DNA from: an uncultured Spirochaetota bacterium
GTDB taxonomy: Bacteria; Spirochaetota; Spirochaetia; Treponematales; Rectinemataceae
Assembly (NCBI GenBank): GCA_963778775.1
Contig: CAVZVX010000041.1
Span: 2,959 to 66,958 of the forward strand
DNA length: 64,000 bases
Direction: 5' to 3'
The notes below the pieces were generated by a model that saw only the letters and a list, made by a program, of their open reading frames with translations, had not been told where the DNA came from and did not search any database. Made by a program: the position numbers and the translations under genes. This document shows, one piece after another, positions 36,393-45,545 of this stretch (positions are counted from its first letter, which is position 1; every line of letters begins with the position of its first letter).

Positions 36393-36510
36393 CAGTGGTC
36401 GCGGAGGAATTTACCACTGATAAAATCTCCCTGGACCACTGGTCGACACCTCCCTGGACCAGTGGTAAATTCCTCCGCGACCAGTGGTAAATTCTTCCTC
36501 GACCACTGAT
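36393..36510. repeat. Phased array of six GACCA(C/G)TGGT-core sites, including a 27-nt inverted repeat (26/27) and 22-23-bp direct repeats
   Basis: Cores at 36393, 36413, 36433, 36456, 36479 and 36501. Arm 36393..36419 matches the reverse complement of 36460..36486 except at one base. Direct units gaccagtggtaaattcctccgc and gaccagtggtaaattcttcctc. Confidence 0.85.
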
Positions 36511-36657
36511 CGAATTAATTCCTACAATTCCTGTAATATTAATTCGAGATACGTTGAAACTCGTGCTCGCTCTAAGTGCAGCTCGTATCGATATTTGTTG
36601 TCGGTTAAGGTGTTTTGGTCCCAATGTATGGTCGCTAGCCTGTTTTTGGGGGTATCC

Positions 36658-36903
36658 ATGGCTTGGTCTCTTCAGGACGCGAAGAACAGATTCTCCGAGC
36701 TTGTCGAACGTGCACGAAAGGAAGGACCGCAAGAAGTCACGCGGAATGGGCAGGAAGCAGTCGTCGTCGTCTCGGCCGAAGAATGGCGAGCGATCCGAGA
36801 ACAGTCATCGACCCTGGCCGATTTCCTGCTGTCATCCCCTCTTGCGGGCTCCGGGCTCGCCGTCGAGAGGGACGCTTCGCCGCCGCGAAGCGTGAATCTC
36901 TAG
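36658..36903 (+). CDS. Phd/YefM-family antitoxin
   Basis: MAWSLQDAKNRFSELVERARKEGPQEVTRNGQEAVVVVSAEEW. Confidence 0.75.
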   Translation: MAWSLQDAKNRFSELVERARKEGPQEVTRNGQEAVVVVSAEEWRAIREQSSTLADFLLSSPLAGSGLAVERDASPPRSVNL

Positions 36904-37252
36904 AAAGTACCTTCCCGACACCTGCGTTTTTTCCGAATTCGCCAAGCCCCCCTAATGCGGGTTGCATGAAATGGGCGTCGAAGGGATGGATACTGGCGCG
37001 CGTCGCGATGAATTACGTGTCTGGATCGAAGGACTTTTCTCGACCCATCGGACGAGGCTCGTCCCCGTCGATCATGACGTCGTACGAATCTGGGCAAAAA
37101 TCTGCGCGGAAGCGGAGTCGCTCGAGCGGCTACCCTCTGCGATGGATTCTCTCATCGCCGCGTCGGCGATATCGCGCGATCTCGTCCTCGTGACGCGGAA
37201 CGTCGACGATTTCCGGCAGCTGCGGGTCAAGATTCTCAATCCATGGGAATGA
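36896..37252 (+). pseudogene. Decayed PIN-domain (VapC/FitB-like) toxin gene
   Basis: Reads (I)SRKYLPDTCVFSEFAKPP-TAA-CGLHEMGVEGMDTGARRDELRVW...MDSLIAASAISRDLVLVTRNVDDF...NPWE. No canonical start, an in-frame TAA at 36953..36955, and an apparently missing segment after the first helix. Confidence 0.6.
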
Positions 37253-37296
37253 GCAATAGGTAGGATCGAAGGGATTGGATTCGATCTTTTCAATCA

Positions 37297-37647
37297 ATGG
37301 CTTTTGTCAGGCACGTCTCCTTCCCCTGGAGGCGCGCGGTGCCGAGGAAGGATTTTACCTACTTTCTTGATGGCGAGAATCGGATGGTTGTATACTTCGC
37401 TCATGAAAAGGGAGTGGTTGTAAGGTTCGTGGTCAAGCTGGAGCATTTTTCGGGTGGCGTTTGGCACGAACTGATTCGCTACGATTGTTTCCATGGATTT
37501 GTCCACAAAGATGTGTTGACACGATCAGGAGCAAAGAAGAGGGTCGTCAAGTATAAGTTTCTGGACCCTGCCTCGGGCCTGAATGCCGCTTTAGGCGATT
37601 GTTCAGAGAATTTCCGATCCTATGTTGCGAGGTGGCGCGATGGTTAA
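37297..37647 (+). CDS. Hypothetical protein (paralogous 5' fragment at 26032)
   Basis: 116-aa ORF. Protein-level rather than purely nucleotide conservation with the 26032 fragment supports plus-strand coding. Confidence 0.5.
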   Translation: MAFVRHVSFPWRRAVPRKDFTYFLDGENRMVVYFAHEKGVVVRFVVKLEHFSGGVWHELIRYDCFHGFVHKDVLTRSGAKKRVVKYKFLDPASGLNAALGDCSENFRSYVARWRDG

Positions 37648-37861
37648 TATGAAACCGGGCCAAACGGAAGAAGAGGCGATAACCGAGTATTTACTCGAGA
37701 TGGGATTCAAGGAGATGGGCGAGGAGGAACGCAAGGCCGACTGGTATCCGGCCTATGCCCGTTCGATTCTCCGCATTCTTGCCAACGACGATACGTCGAT
37801 TCCCGCCCCGAACGAGGATGAAGAGCTCCGCGCGATGGGTGTTACTCCACCGTTAGATTGA
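37640..37861 (+). CDS. Small acidic hypothetical protein (paralogous 3' fragment at 27200..27286)
   Basis: ATG 37640 overlaps the upstream stop by 8 nt. The C-terminus DEELRAMGVTPPLD is conserved with the relic. Confidence 0.4.
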   Translation: MVNMKPGQTEEEAITEYLLEMGFKEMGEEERKADWYPAYARSILRILANDDTSIPAPNEDEELRAMGVTPPLD

Positions 37862-37919
37862 ACTCGTATAGGAGAGGAATTCCTTTCCGAGAATTCCTCT
37901 CTCATTTTTCCCTCGTCTT

Positions 37920-39065
37920 CTAATCCTGGTAGAAGGCGACGTTGGCGATATTGTCCGAGCTCGTCATCACCGACACCGGGCTGTAGGATTGCTGATTGCC
38001 GCTCGCGTCGAAGATGTAGAGCTGGTTGCTGCTGCCGTTGCCGCTATAGATGGTGGCAGGCACATAGACGAGGCTGGTGGAACTATTATAGACGAGGCTG
38101 AAACTGCCGAATGAGGATGATCCGCTTTTTATCTCGGTTACGCTCGCCGTGGCGCCCGAGAGTGCGACTAAGTATGTATGTCCATATCCTGTCGCGACGA
38201 GGTTCCCGTTCGAAAGTTGCACGAGACGGGCGGGATAGATCGAAGCTGCAGATGTAGTCGCGTTCGCGACGAGCTGCGCCGTTGTGCCGGAAGCTGCGCT
38301 CGAAGGAATAAAATCGATCGAACCTATCGGAGAGCTGCCGTATCCACCCGTGTTCGCGACGAAGACGCCGGATTGTCCGCCGTAGGTTCCCGCCGCGAGC
38401 CCCGTGGTCCCTGGTTCGCGAGCGTTGAAGGTTGCTGCCTTCGTGTCGGTTGCGGGGTTGATCCGAAAAACTTGACCATCGGTATTGTCGGCGGCATATA
38501 TCATTCCATCTGAACCCACTATGACTTCTTGGAATTGGGTACCGTTTGTTCCGTTAACCGCGGAAGATACGGCAGTTGTCGGGCTTGAGGGATTGAAGCT
38601 ATACACTCCCCCGTTTGCCGGCGTCCCATAGTTGTAGACGCTAACGTATACTTTTGTCGCACTATAGAACGCGAAATACTGGGCGTCCAAGCCTGCGCTC
38701 CCCGTTATCAATTTCGCGCTAGGGGCCGCGCTCGATAGATCGAAATAGTAAATGCCGCCGTTGCCCATGGCGACATACCCGATACCTTTATAGAACTTTA
38801 TTTCCCCGGCCGCGTTGGCATTGGTCGTGACGAAGCTCGATGACGATCCGGTGTGGACAGAAGGGTCGTAGGTATATACGCGCCCGTTGGTGGTATCCGT
38901 CATGTACAGATAGGTCGTGTACGCGGCCGGCGCCGGCGACCCTGTGCCCGCCGGGTTCGAGCAGCCGAGGGTGAATCCCGCGACGATAAGTATCGCCGCG
39001 CCTTGGAGGAAAAGGATGACCCGTCGGGCCGCGCCTCGCTCCTTATCGGTAATCGATGTTCTCAA
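37920..39065 (-). CDS. Beta-propeller (YVTN/YncE-like repeat) lipoprotein co-transcribed with the TonB-dependent receptor
   Basis: Lipobox FTLGCS. Recurring G-x-[IV]-Y-x-[FY]-[DN] blade-like motifs (GRVYTYD, GGIYYFD, GGVYSFNP, GQVFRINP, NQLYIFD). Confidence 0.7.
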   Translation of the reverse strand: MRTSITDKERGAARRVILFLQGAAILIVAGFTLGCSNPAGTGSPAPAAYTTYLYMTDTTNGRVYTYDPSVHTGSSSSFVTTNANAAGEIKFYKGIGYVAMGNGGIYYFDLSSAAPSAKLITGSAGLDAQYFAFYSATKVYVSVYNYGTPANGGVYSFNPSSPTTAVSSAVNGTNGTQFQEVIVGSDGMIYAADNTDGQVFRINPATDTKAATFNAREPGTTGLAAGTYGGQSGVFVANTGGYGSSPIGSIDFIPSSAASGTTAQLVANATTSAASIYPARLVQLSNGNLVATGYGHTYLVALSGATASVTEIKSGSSSFGSFSLVYNSSTSLVYVPATIYSGNGSSNQLYIFDASGNQQSYSPVSVMTSSDNIANVAFYQD

Positions 39066-39099
39066 GATAGCCTCCTAGTGCGTCGTGTCGCCTGAAATT

Positions 39100-41061
39100 T
39101 CATAGCCGTATCTCCAACCCAAGCCGCAGCTTCGTGCCGGGCATGGGATAATCGTTCACGATCTCGTACTGCTCGTCGAAGAGGTTGTCCGCGGCCGCGT
39201 AGGCGGAGTAGCGCGCCGTGAACTCCCATTTCACGACCGCGTCCAAGGTGAAATAATCGGGCAGGTAGCCGACGTTCGCGGTCGTGAGGAAGCGCAGGCT
39301 CGCGTACTTGGCGGTGGCCGACCAGGAGAGTCTTCCGGCCTCGTAGGCGAGGGTGGCGTTGAGGCTGTGTACCGGGGTCATGGGAAGACGCCTGTCGTCC
39401 CCCATGGAGAAGCCGTCCGAGAGGATGTAGCTGTAGAGGAAGCTGTAGTTGAGGCTGGCCCTATAGTGCTTCGCGAATGCCGTCGAGAGCTCCTGCTCAA
39501 GGCCCGGGTAGAGGGCGGCGCCATAGTTGCTCGGCCTCCATATTCCGTCGCTGCCCTCCTGCCAAAGTATCACGTCCCTGGCATAGCGAACGAAGGCGGT
39601 GGCATCGTAAGAGAAGTCTCCTCGGGTCCTCGAGAATCCGAAATCCGCGGCGTAGCCCGTCTCGGGCCGGAGGCCCGGATCGCCCTCCGCCCCGTTGGAG
39701 GCGGGCCAGTAGAGGTCCTCGAAGGTCGGCACTCGATACGAGCGTGAGAGATTGAGCTTGAGGACGTCGGTTTCGGAAAGGCGATAGGCGATCGCCATCG
39801 TCGCCCCTATCCCGCCCAGGGGATCGCTCGCGAAGAAGTCCGAGTAGTAGTCGTAGCGGATCGCGGGCCGGAAGGAGAGGGCCCCGGCTTCCATGACGGG
39901 TTCGAAGTAGGCGCCGCCGGCGATGCGCGAAGGCGAGCCCACCGTGTCGCTCCGAGCTTGGGTATAGGCGAATGAGCCTCCGTAAACGAAAGAGAGAGCA
40001 TCGGAAATCGAGGCCTTTTGCTGGATGTCCCCGCCTCCTATGTAGACCATGCTGCGTCCGTCATTGGCCGGCGTGGCGGCGTCTTCGTAGTCGATGCCCG
40101 AATACTGCGCATACAAGGTCGCGTCCAGGCTGAGCGCATCCGCGAGAAAGCGGTCGGTCGAGTACTTGATCGAGCCTCGGCCGGAGGAGTCGACCTCGGT
40201 GGCCGCGAGCGTCGGGCTGCTCTGAATTCCCGGATCCCCCTTTTGGCTGTAGCCGCCGGAAAGATCGGCGGCGAGGCTGCCTTCGAGGCAGGGGAAGGTG
40301 AGGCCGAAGGAGCCGTCACCGCCCAGGAGGGCCGCGTTCTGGAGAACGCGATCGTCCCCGTTCGAGTCGATGAAGGTATAGGCGTTATCCGCCCTCGTGA
40401 AGCTGCCCGAGCCGCGGAACTGCAGGCAGCCCGCCGCCGGCGCCCAGGAGAACATCGCTTTCTGCTCGTCGACGAGGCTCGCGGCGTCGGCGCCCTCCTC
40501 GGCCTTGGAAAAGCCGTAGCCCTCGACGTGGGCGGTCGGGATGTAGGAGCCGTTCTCGAAGGTAAGGACGAGGGGAGCGGCCTTTTTCTTCGTGATGATA
40601 TTCACGACGCCGCCTACCGCGTCGCCGCCATAGAGAGCGCTGCCGCCCTCCCGCAGGACTTCGATCCGATCGATATTGTCCGCCGGTATGTCGGCGAGGT
40701 CGGCGATCCCGGACATGGCGTTGTTGACGCGCAAACCGTCGACGAGGACGAGGACTTCGTTGGTCGTGGAGCCGCGGATGGAAACGGCCTTTTGCGCGCC
40801 CTCCGGACCGTCGTCGGATATGCCGAGGCCGGGTACGGTCTTTATAGCATCGGCCACCGTCTTCGCGCCGCGGGCCTCGATATCGGCCGCGCTAACGACG
40901 CTGACCGCCGGAGGGACGGCGCTCGGGCTTTCCGGTATGCGGGTCGCGGTTATCGAGACATCGTCGAGGGGGAGGTCGGCCGCGTCGTCGGCCCGTAAAT
41001 AGTAGTCCGGGAGCGCGAACGCCAGCGCAAATACAAGCGCGGCCCAACGTATCGAATGCAC
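39100..41061 (-). CDS. btuB: TonB-dependent outer-membrane receptor, cobalamin-type by context
   Basis: 653-aa ORF with a signal peptide and plug-domain text (DDVSITATRIPES...RGSTTNEVLVLVDGLRVNN). Barrel text runs to the C-terminus. Preceded by a cobalamin riboswitch. GTG start. The gene symbol rests on context only. Confidence 0.8.
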   Translation of the reverse strand: MHSIRWAALVFALAFALPDYYLRADDAADLPLDDVSITATRIPESPSAVPPAVSVVSAADIEARGAKTVADAIKTVPGLGISDDGPEGAQKAVSIRGSTTNEVLVLVDGLRVNNAMSGIADLADIPADNIDRIEVLREGGSALYGGDAVGGVVNIITKKKAAPLVLTFENGSYIPTAHVEGYGFSKAEEGADAASLVDEQKAMFSWAPAAGCLQFRGSGSFTRADNAYTFIDSNGDDRVLQNAALLGGDGSFGLTFPCLEGSLAADLSGGYSQKGDPGIQSSPTLAATEVDSSGRGSIKYSTDRFLADALSLDATLYAQYSGIDYEDAATPANDGRSMVYIGGGDIQQKASISDALSFVYGGSFAYTQARSDTVGSPSRIAGGAYFEPVMEAGALSFRPAIRYDYYSDFFASDPLGGIGATMAIAYRLSETDVLKLNLSRSYRVPTFEDLYWPASNGAEGDPGLRPETGYAADFGFSRTRGDFSYDATAFVRYARDVILWQEGSDGIWRPSNYGAALYPGLEQELSTAFAKHYRASLNYSFLYSYILSDGFSMGDDRRLPMTPVHSLNATLAYEAGRLSWSATAKYASLRFLTTANVGYLPDYFTLDAVVKWEFTARYSAYAAADNLFDEQYEIVNDYPMPGTKLRLGLEIRL

Positions 41062-41092
41062 TATGCCCTACCTTTGCCTCGAAGGTCTGGGC

Positions 41093-41252
41093 TTCCGAGC
41101 GGTATCCTGACTTCCGGATCGTCTTACTCGCGACGCCTTCTCGCGGTTTGCCGCAATGGCTTCGCCCCCGCTTTCGCGGTAGGCTCGTCGCTTTCATCCC
41201 CGGTTACAGTGGCGGGACCGTCACGGTTTTTAACCGTATTCCTCGCTCGGAA
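41093..41252 (-). promoter_or_regulatory. Cobalamin (B12) riboswitch
   Basis: Minus strand reads TTCCGAGCG-AGGAATACGGTTAAAAACCGTGACGGTCCCGCCACTGTAACCGGGG...GAAGTCAGGATACCGCTCGGAA. The B12 box GCCACTG is present, and P1 is formed by TTCCGAGCG/CGCTCGGAA. A candidate promoter TTGACA-N18-ACTATA lies at 41294..41265. Confidence 0.8.
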
Positions 41253-41328
41253 ACCTGGCAGGCTTATAGTGGCGCGAAGGTGCTCCGCTGTCAATGGAGT
41301 CTTTTCTCCGACGACGCTTCCTCGAGGG

Positions 41329-41925
41329 TCAGGCCTTCCCGAATCCCGTCGCGACGAGATAGGTCTCGAAGGACTCCGATCGGCAGGCCTCAGGCTTGAA
41401 GCCCCTGGCCTGGGCGAAGCGGCCGCGGAGGCGCCTCAGCAGGCCTGCCTCGGCTCCGCCCTGGAAGATCTTGGCGACGAGCGCGCCGCCCGGGGCCAGG
41501 GCCGCCTCGGCATAGGCTATCACGGCTTCGACGATGCTCTCGGAAGCCGACTGGTCGACGAGGCGGTTGCCCGTGGTCGCGGGCGCCGCATCCGACAGCA
41601 CGAGGGCGTAGGGACCGGCGGAGAGGAGCCGCGAGCGCGCCTCCTCGTCGTAGAGGTCGCCGCGGACGAAGAGGAAATTCTCGTAGGCCGGAGCCACGGC
41701 CAGGTCCTGCAGATCCACCGCCGCGAGGAAGCCCTTTCCCTCGAGGCGCTGGAGTATCCAGAGGCTCCACGATCCCGGGGCGGCGCCGATATCGAGTATT
41801 CGCGCGCCTTGCCTCACGAGGCCGAATTTCCTGTCGATCTCCATGAGCTTGTAGACCGAGCGCGCGGGATAGCCTTCCTTCCTGGCCTTCGCCGCCCAAA
41901 AATCGGGCTTTTCGTAACTCGACAA
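41329..41925 (-). CDS. rlmE: 23S rRNA (uridine-2'-O)-methyltransferase RlmE/FtsJ
   Basis: ...ARSVYKLMEIDRKFGL...ILDIGAAPGSWS...VLSDAAP. Confidence 0.85.
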   Translation of the reverse strand: MSSYEKPDFWAAKARKEGYPARSVYKLMEIDRKFGLVRQGARILDIGAAPGSWSLWILQRLEGKGFLAAVDLQDLAVAPAYENFLFVRGDLYDEEARSRLLSAGPYALVLSDAAPATTGNRLVDQSASESIVEAVIAYAEAALAPGGALVAKIFQGGAEAGLLRRLRGRFAQARGFKPEACRSESFETYLVATGFGKA

Positions 41926-41983
41926 GGATGCGCCTCCATGGCCCGCGACGGCCGATGATAGTATACTGTGAAACGAGGGGGAG

Positions 41984-42577
41984 ATGATGGAGGGGCAGAC
42001 CTTCGTCGAAGCCGAGATATGGACCGTGGCTCAGACGGACCAGGGTAACGTCGTCCTCGTCAGGCCCAGGGACTCCGACCTCGCGGTGCCTATCTTCATC
42101 GGCCAGCTCGAAACCCAGTCCATACTGATAGGAATGGGCGGCATCGAGGTGCCCCGGCCCCTGACTCACGACCTCCTGCTCAGCCTGCTGTCCACGCTCA
42201 ACGCCGAAGTGACGAAGATCGAGATACACGACCTTCGCGAGGGGACCTTCTATGCGCGAATGCTGCTGCGCGTCGAGGGACGCGAGATCGTCGTGGACGC
42301 GAGGCCCTCGGACGCCATCGGCGTCGCGGTCCGGGCCCACTGTCCGGTGTTCATCGCCGAAAGCGTCGTCGAAGAGGCCGGAATATCGGTCAATCTCGTC
42401 GCGGGGCTCCATCTCGGAGAGACCGAATCCTCGCCCCCCGAAGCCGGCGCCATAGCGCCCGCCTCGAGCGAGGGAGAGGTGGCTAGGCTCCGCGCCGAGC
42501 TCGAAGCCGCGGTGGCCGACGAGAACTACGAGCGCGCGGCCGAGATCAGGGACAAGCTGCGCGAGCTCGAGGCCTAG
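41984..42577 (+). CDS. Bifunctional nuclease (BFN/DUF151) with a C-terminal UVR motif
   Basis: ...VVLVRPRDSDLAVPIFIGQLETQSI...RPLTHDLL...VDARPSDAIGVAV..., and C-terminal DENYERAAEIRDKLRELE. Confidence 0.8.
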   Translation: MMEGQTFVEAEIWTVAQTDQGNVVLVRPRDSDLAVPIFIGQLETQSILIGMGGIEVPRPLTHDLLLSLLSTLNAEVTKIEIHDLREGTFYARMLLRVEGREIVVDARPSDAIGVAVRAHCPVFIAESVVEEAGISVNLVAGLHLGETESSPPEAGAIAPASSEGEVARLRAELEAAVADENYERAAEIRDKLRELEA

Positions 42578-42585
42578 GAAAGTCC

Positions 42586-44494
42586 TTACTTCAGCAGCCT
42601 CGTCAATCTCGTCGCGAAGTCGGCCGGGTCGGCGAGCTTGGCCCCTTCGACGAGGAGGGCCTGTCCCAGCAGCACCTTGGCCAGGTCCTCCGCCTCCGCG
42701 GCGTCGGCCGCGGCGAGGCGCCTTACCAGCGGATGCTCGCCGTTGAGCTCGAGGATGGGCTTGACTTCGGGCATCTCGCTGCCGCCGAACTGCTTCATGA
42801 GCTCGCGGAGCTGGAGGCTCGGATCGTCCGAATCGACGACGACGCAGGCGGGGCTCTCCGAGAGGCGCTTGGACAGGCGCACGTCCTTGACTTCCTCGCC
42901 GAGAGCCTTCTTGGCCGCCTCGATCGCCGCCGCGACGGGGCTGTCCGGCCTCGGGCTTCGCCCCGTCCTTGGAACCGGAGCCCAGCTCGGACTCGCTGCC
43001 GGCGCGATTGACGCTCTTGAGCTCGAGGCCTTCGAAGGGTCCGAGGCCCGAGATGACGATCTCGTCTATCTCCTCGGCGCAGACGAGGACCTCGATGCCC
43101 TCCTTGCGGTACATCTCGAGGAGCGGCGACTTGCGGAGCCTGTCTTCGTCGCCGCCGGCGATGTAGTAGATGGCCTTCTGCCCCTCCTTCATCCGGGACT
43201 TGTAGTCCGCGAGGCTCGTCCAGCCCCCGGGAGCCGCGATCTCGGCGCTGCTCTTCCAGCGCACGAGCCCGAGCAGGGCTTCCCGATTCGCGAAGTCCGA
43301 GTACAGTCCCTCCTTGAGGGGGCGGTTGAACTCGGCTATGAACTTGGCGTATTTGTCCGTATCGGTCTTGGCCAGGTCGGCGAGCTCTCCGAGGATCTTC
43401 TTGACGCTGGCCTGCCTGATGCTCGCCATGACCCGGTTCTGCTGGAGGATCTCGCGGCTCACGTTGAGCGGCAGGTCCTCCGAGTCGATGACGCCGCGGA
43501 CGAAGCGCAGGTACACCGGCAGGAGCTCTTTCTCGTCGTCGGTTATGAAGACCCGCTTGACGTAGAGCTTGACCCCCGGGCGGTAGTCCGCGCGGAAGAG
43601 GTCGAAGGGGGCCTTGGAGGGGATATAGAAGAGGGTCGTATACTCGATCGTGCCCTCGGCCTTGGTATGGATCCAATGAAGGGGCGCGTCTTCGCCCTCC
43701 GCCGCGCCGAATTCCCCGAGCCCCGCGCCGGTGAGGGACTTGTAGAAGCCCACGTAGTCCTCGTCCTTGAGCTCGGATTTCGGCCTCCGCCACAGGGCAG
43801 AGGCGGAATTGACGACCTCCTCCTTGCGCTCGACTCCGTCCTTCTTGCCCTTGTCGTCGTACTTGGGCTCCTCGGACACCAGGGCGATGGGATAGGCTAT
43901 GTGGTTGGAATATTTCTTGAGCACCGTCTCGACGCTCCAGCGGCCGAGGTACTCCTCGCCCTCGCCGTTGAGGTGGACGCGCACTTCGGTTCCCTGACCG
44001 ACCCTCTCGGAGGGCTCGATCGAGTACTCTCCCTTGCCCTCGCTCGTCCAGGCGAAGGCGGCCTCAGTCCCGGCCTTGCGGCTCGTCACCTCGATCTTGT
44101 CCGCGACCATGAAGGCCGAATAGAATCCGACTCCGAACTGGCCGATGAGGTTGGAGTCCTTTTTCGCGTCCTTGGGGAGGCTATCGAGGAATCGCCGGGT
44201 GCCGGACCTCGCGATGGTGCCCAGGTTCTCCTCGAGCTCCTTCTCGTCCATCCCGATCCCGTTGTCCTCGACCACGATGGTCTTGTCCTCTTTGTCGATG
44301 ATTACCTTTATCGAAGGCTCGAAGGCGACGGACTTGAAGGCCTCGTCGGAGACGCTGAGGTAGCGCAGCTTGTCTATGGCGTCGGATGCGTTGGAAACGA
44401 GCTCGCGGAGGAAAATCTCCTTATGCGAGTAGAGGGAGTGGATGATGAGGTCGAGGAGGCGCGAAACCTCCGTCTTGAAATGGTGTTGAGGCAT
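42586..44494 (-). CDS. htpG: Molecular chaperone HtpG, with a frameshift at a short G/C run
   Basis: N-terminus FKTEVSRLLDLIIHSLYSHKEIFLRELVSNASDAIDK. The C-terminal ~115 residues (…VAAAIEAAKKALGEEVKDVRLSKRLSESPACVV…PILELNGEHPLV…) lie in another frame. The junction is at 42937..42940. The 1034-aa track ORF is read-through. Confidence 0.9.
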
Positions 44495-44570
44495 GTCGAA
44501 ACTCCAGAAATAAGCAGGATATGCGTGTAACGCATAAGATAGCCAATCGCCCGCGCTCGAGGCAATACCG

Positions 44571-45431
44571 CTACGGGGTAGGGAAGCTGTAGGTCCGCCA
44601 TTGCTCGGCTATGCCCGCGAATCCGAGCTCCGCGATTTTGGGCCGGAAGTCGGCTATCGCGTCGCCGTAATGCATCAGGCGGGTCTTGGCGCGAATGGCG
44701 GGAGGCAGGCCGGCCAGCTCGTCGATCGAGGCGTGAACCCCGCCCGTGAACAGCTGGCAGTCGTGGAAGATGGCCTCGAAGCCGTATTCGGCGTCGAGGG
44801 CGAGCAGCATTTCGGGATCGTAGCGGGTATCCCCGGTGAAGAGGATCCGCCCGTCCAGGATGAGCCCGTAGCTTAAGAAGGACGAGCGCCAGTCGGGACT
44901 CGAATCGGGGATGTGCATGCTTCGGAAAAGGCGTATCCCGATATCGCCGACGCGAGCCTCGCAGATCTCCCGGTCCCCGCCGCGAAGCGGACTGGGTACG
45001 ATGACGTTCCAAAAGTCCTCGAACTCGAGGTAGGTGCCGCCATGCTCCTCGTTGAACGAGGCCCCGCCGCGCAGGCTCATCGACCATAGCGCCTTGCGCA
45101 GCTTGTCCGTGACGACCATGGTCGTCTTGCGTCTCAGGCCATAGCGGTTGACCAACATGACCTCCTCGAGCCCGCCGATATGGTCGGCGTGCGTGTGCGT
45201 GATGAGGTAGTTGTCTATTTTCCCCACGGAAAGGCCCAGGAGGGCGAGGGCTTCGGGAGTCCTCGTCCCGCAATCGACGAGGACGTGGGAGCCTCCCTTT
45301 ACGATGAGGATATTGTTCTGGAAGAATCTTTTCGAGAAGGCGCTACCTACGCCGATGAAGGTGAGGTCGAGGCCGCCATCGTTGGCGAGGGCCAAGACCG
45401 TCTGTTCCCCGACGCCTCGGTCTGTGCTCAT
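44571..45431 (-). CDS. MBL-fold metallo-hydrolase
   Basis: HTHADHIGG (HxHxDH) motif in a 286-aa ORF. Confidence 0.8.
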   Translation of the reverse strand: MSTDRGVGEQTVLALANDGGLDLTFIGVGSAFSKRFFQNNILIVKGGSHVLVDCGTRTPEALALLGLSVGKIDNYLITHTHADHIGGLEEVMLVNRYGLRRKTTMVVTDKLRKALWSMSLRGGASFNEEHGGTYLEFEDFWNVIVPSPLRGGDREICEARVGDIGIRLFRSMHIPDSSPDWRSSFLSYGLILDGRILFTGDTRYDPEMLLALDAEYGFEAIFHDCQLFTGGVHASIDELAGLPPAIRAKTRLMHYGDAIADFRPKIAELGFAGIAEQWRTYSFPTP

Positions 45432-45545
45432 TCATTCCAGTATAGCACGAGCCCTCCGCGCGATTCAAAGCTCCAAGCGAAAGAACGGCTCGGATATCCC
45501 GCAGGGTTCGCGCGCCTTTGACATCGCGATATCGATGATGGTAAA

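Noticed and set aside
34849-37861. Chromosomal integron or gene-cassette array hosting the TA modules.
   Set aside because: No intI-like integrase and no recognisable attC/attI imperfect inverted repeats between cassettes were seen in the window. An integrase outside the window cannot be excluded.
41390-44494. 1034-aa ORF that appears to extend HtpG by 400 residues across the nuclease and rlmE genes.
   Set aside because: After the frameshift at about 42940, the frame reads Arg-rich nonsense antisense to real genes. The true HtpG C-terminus is in ORF 42586..42882.
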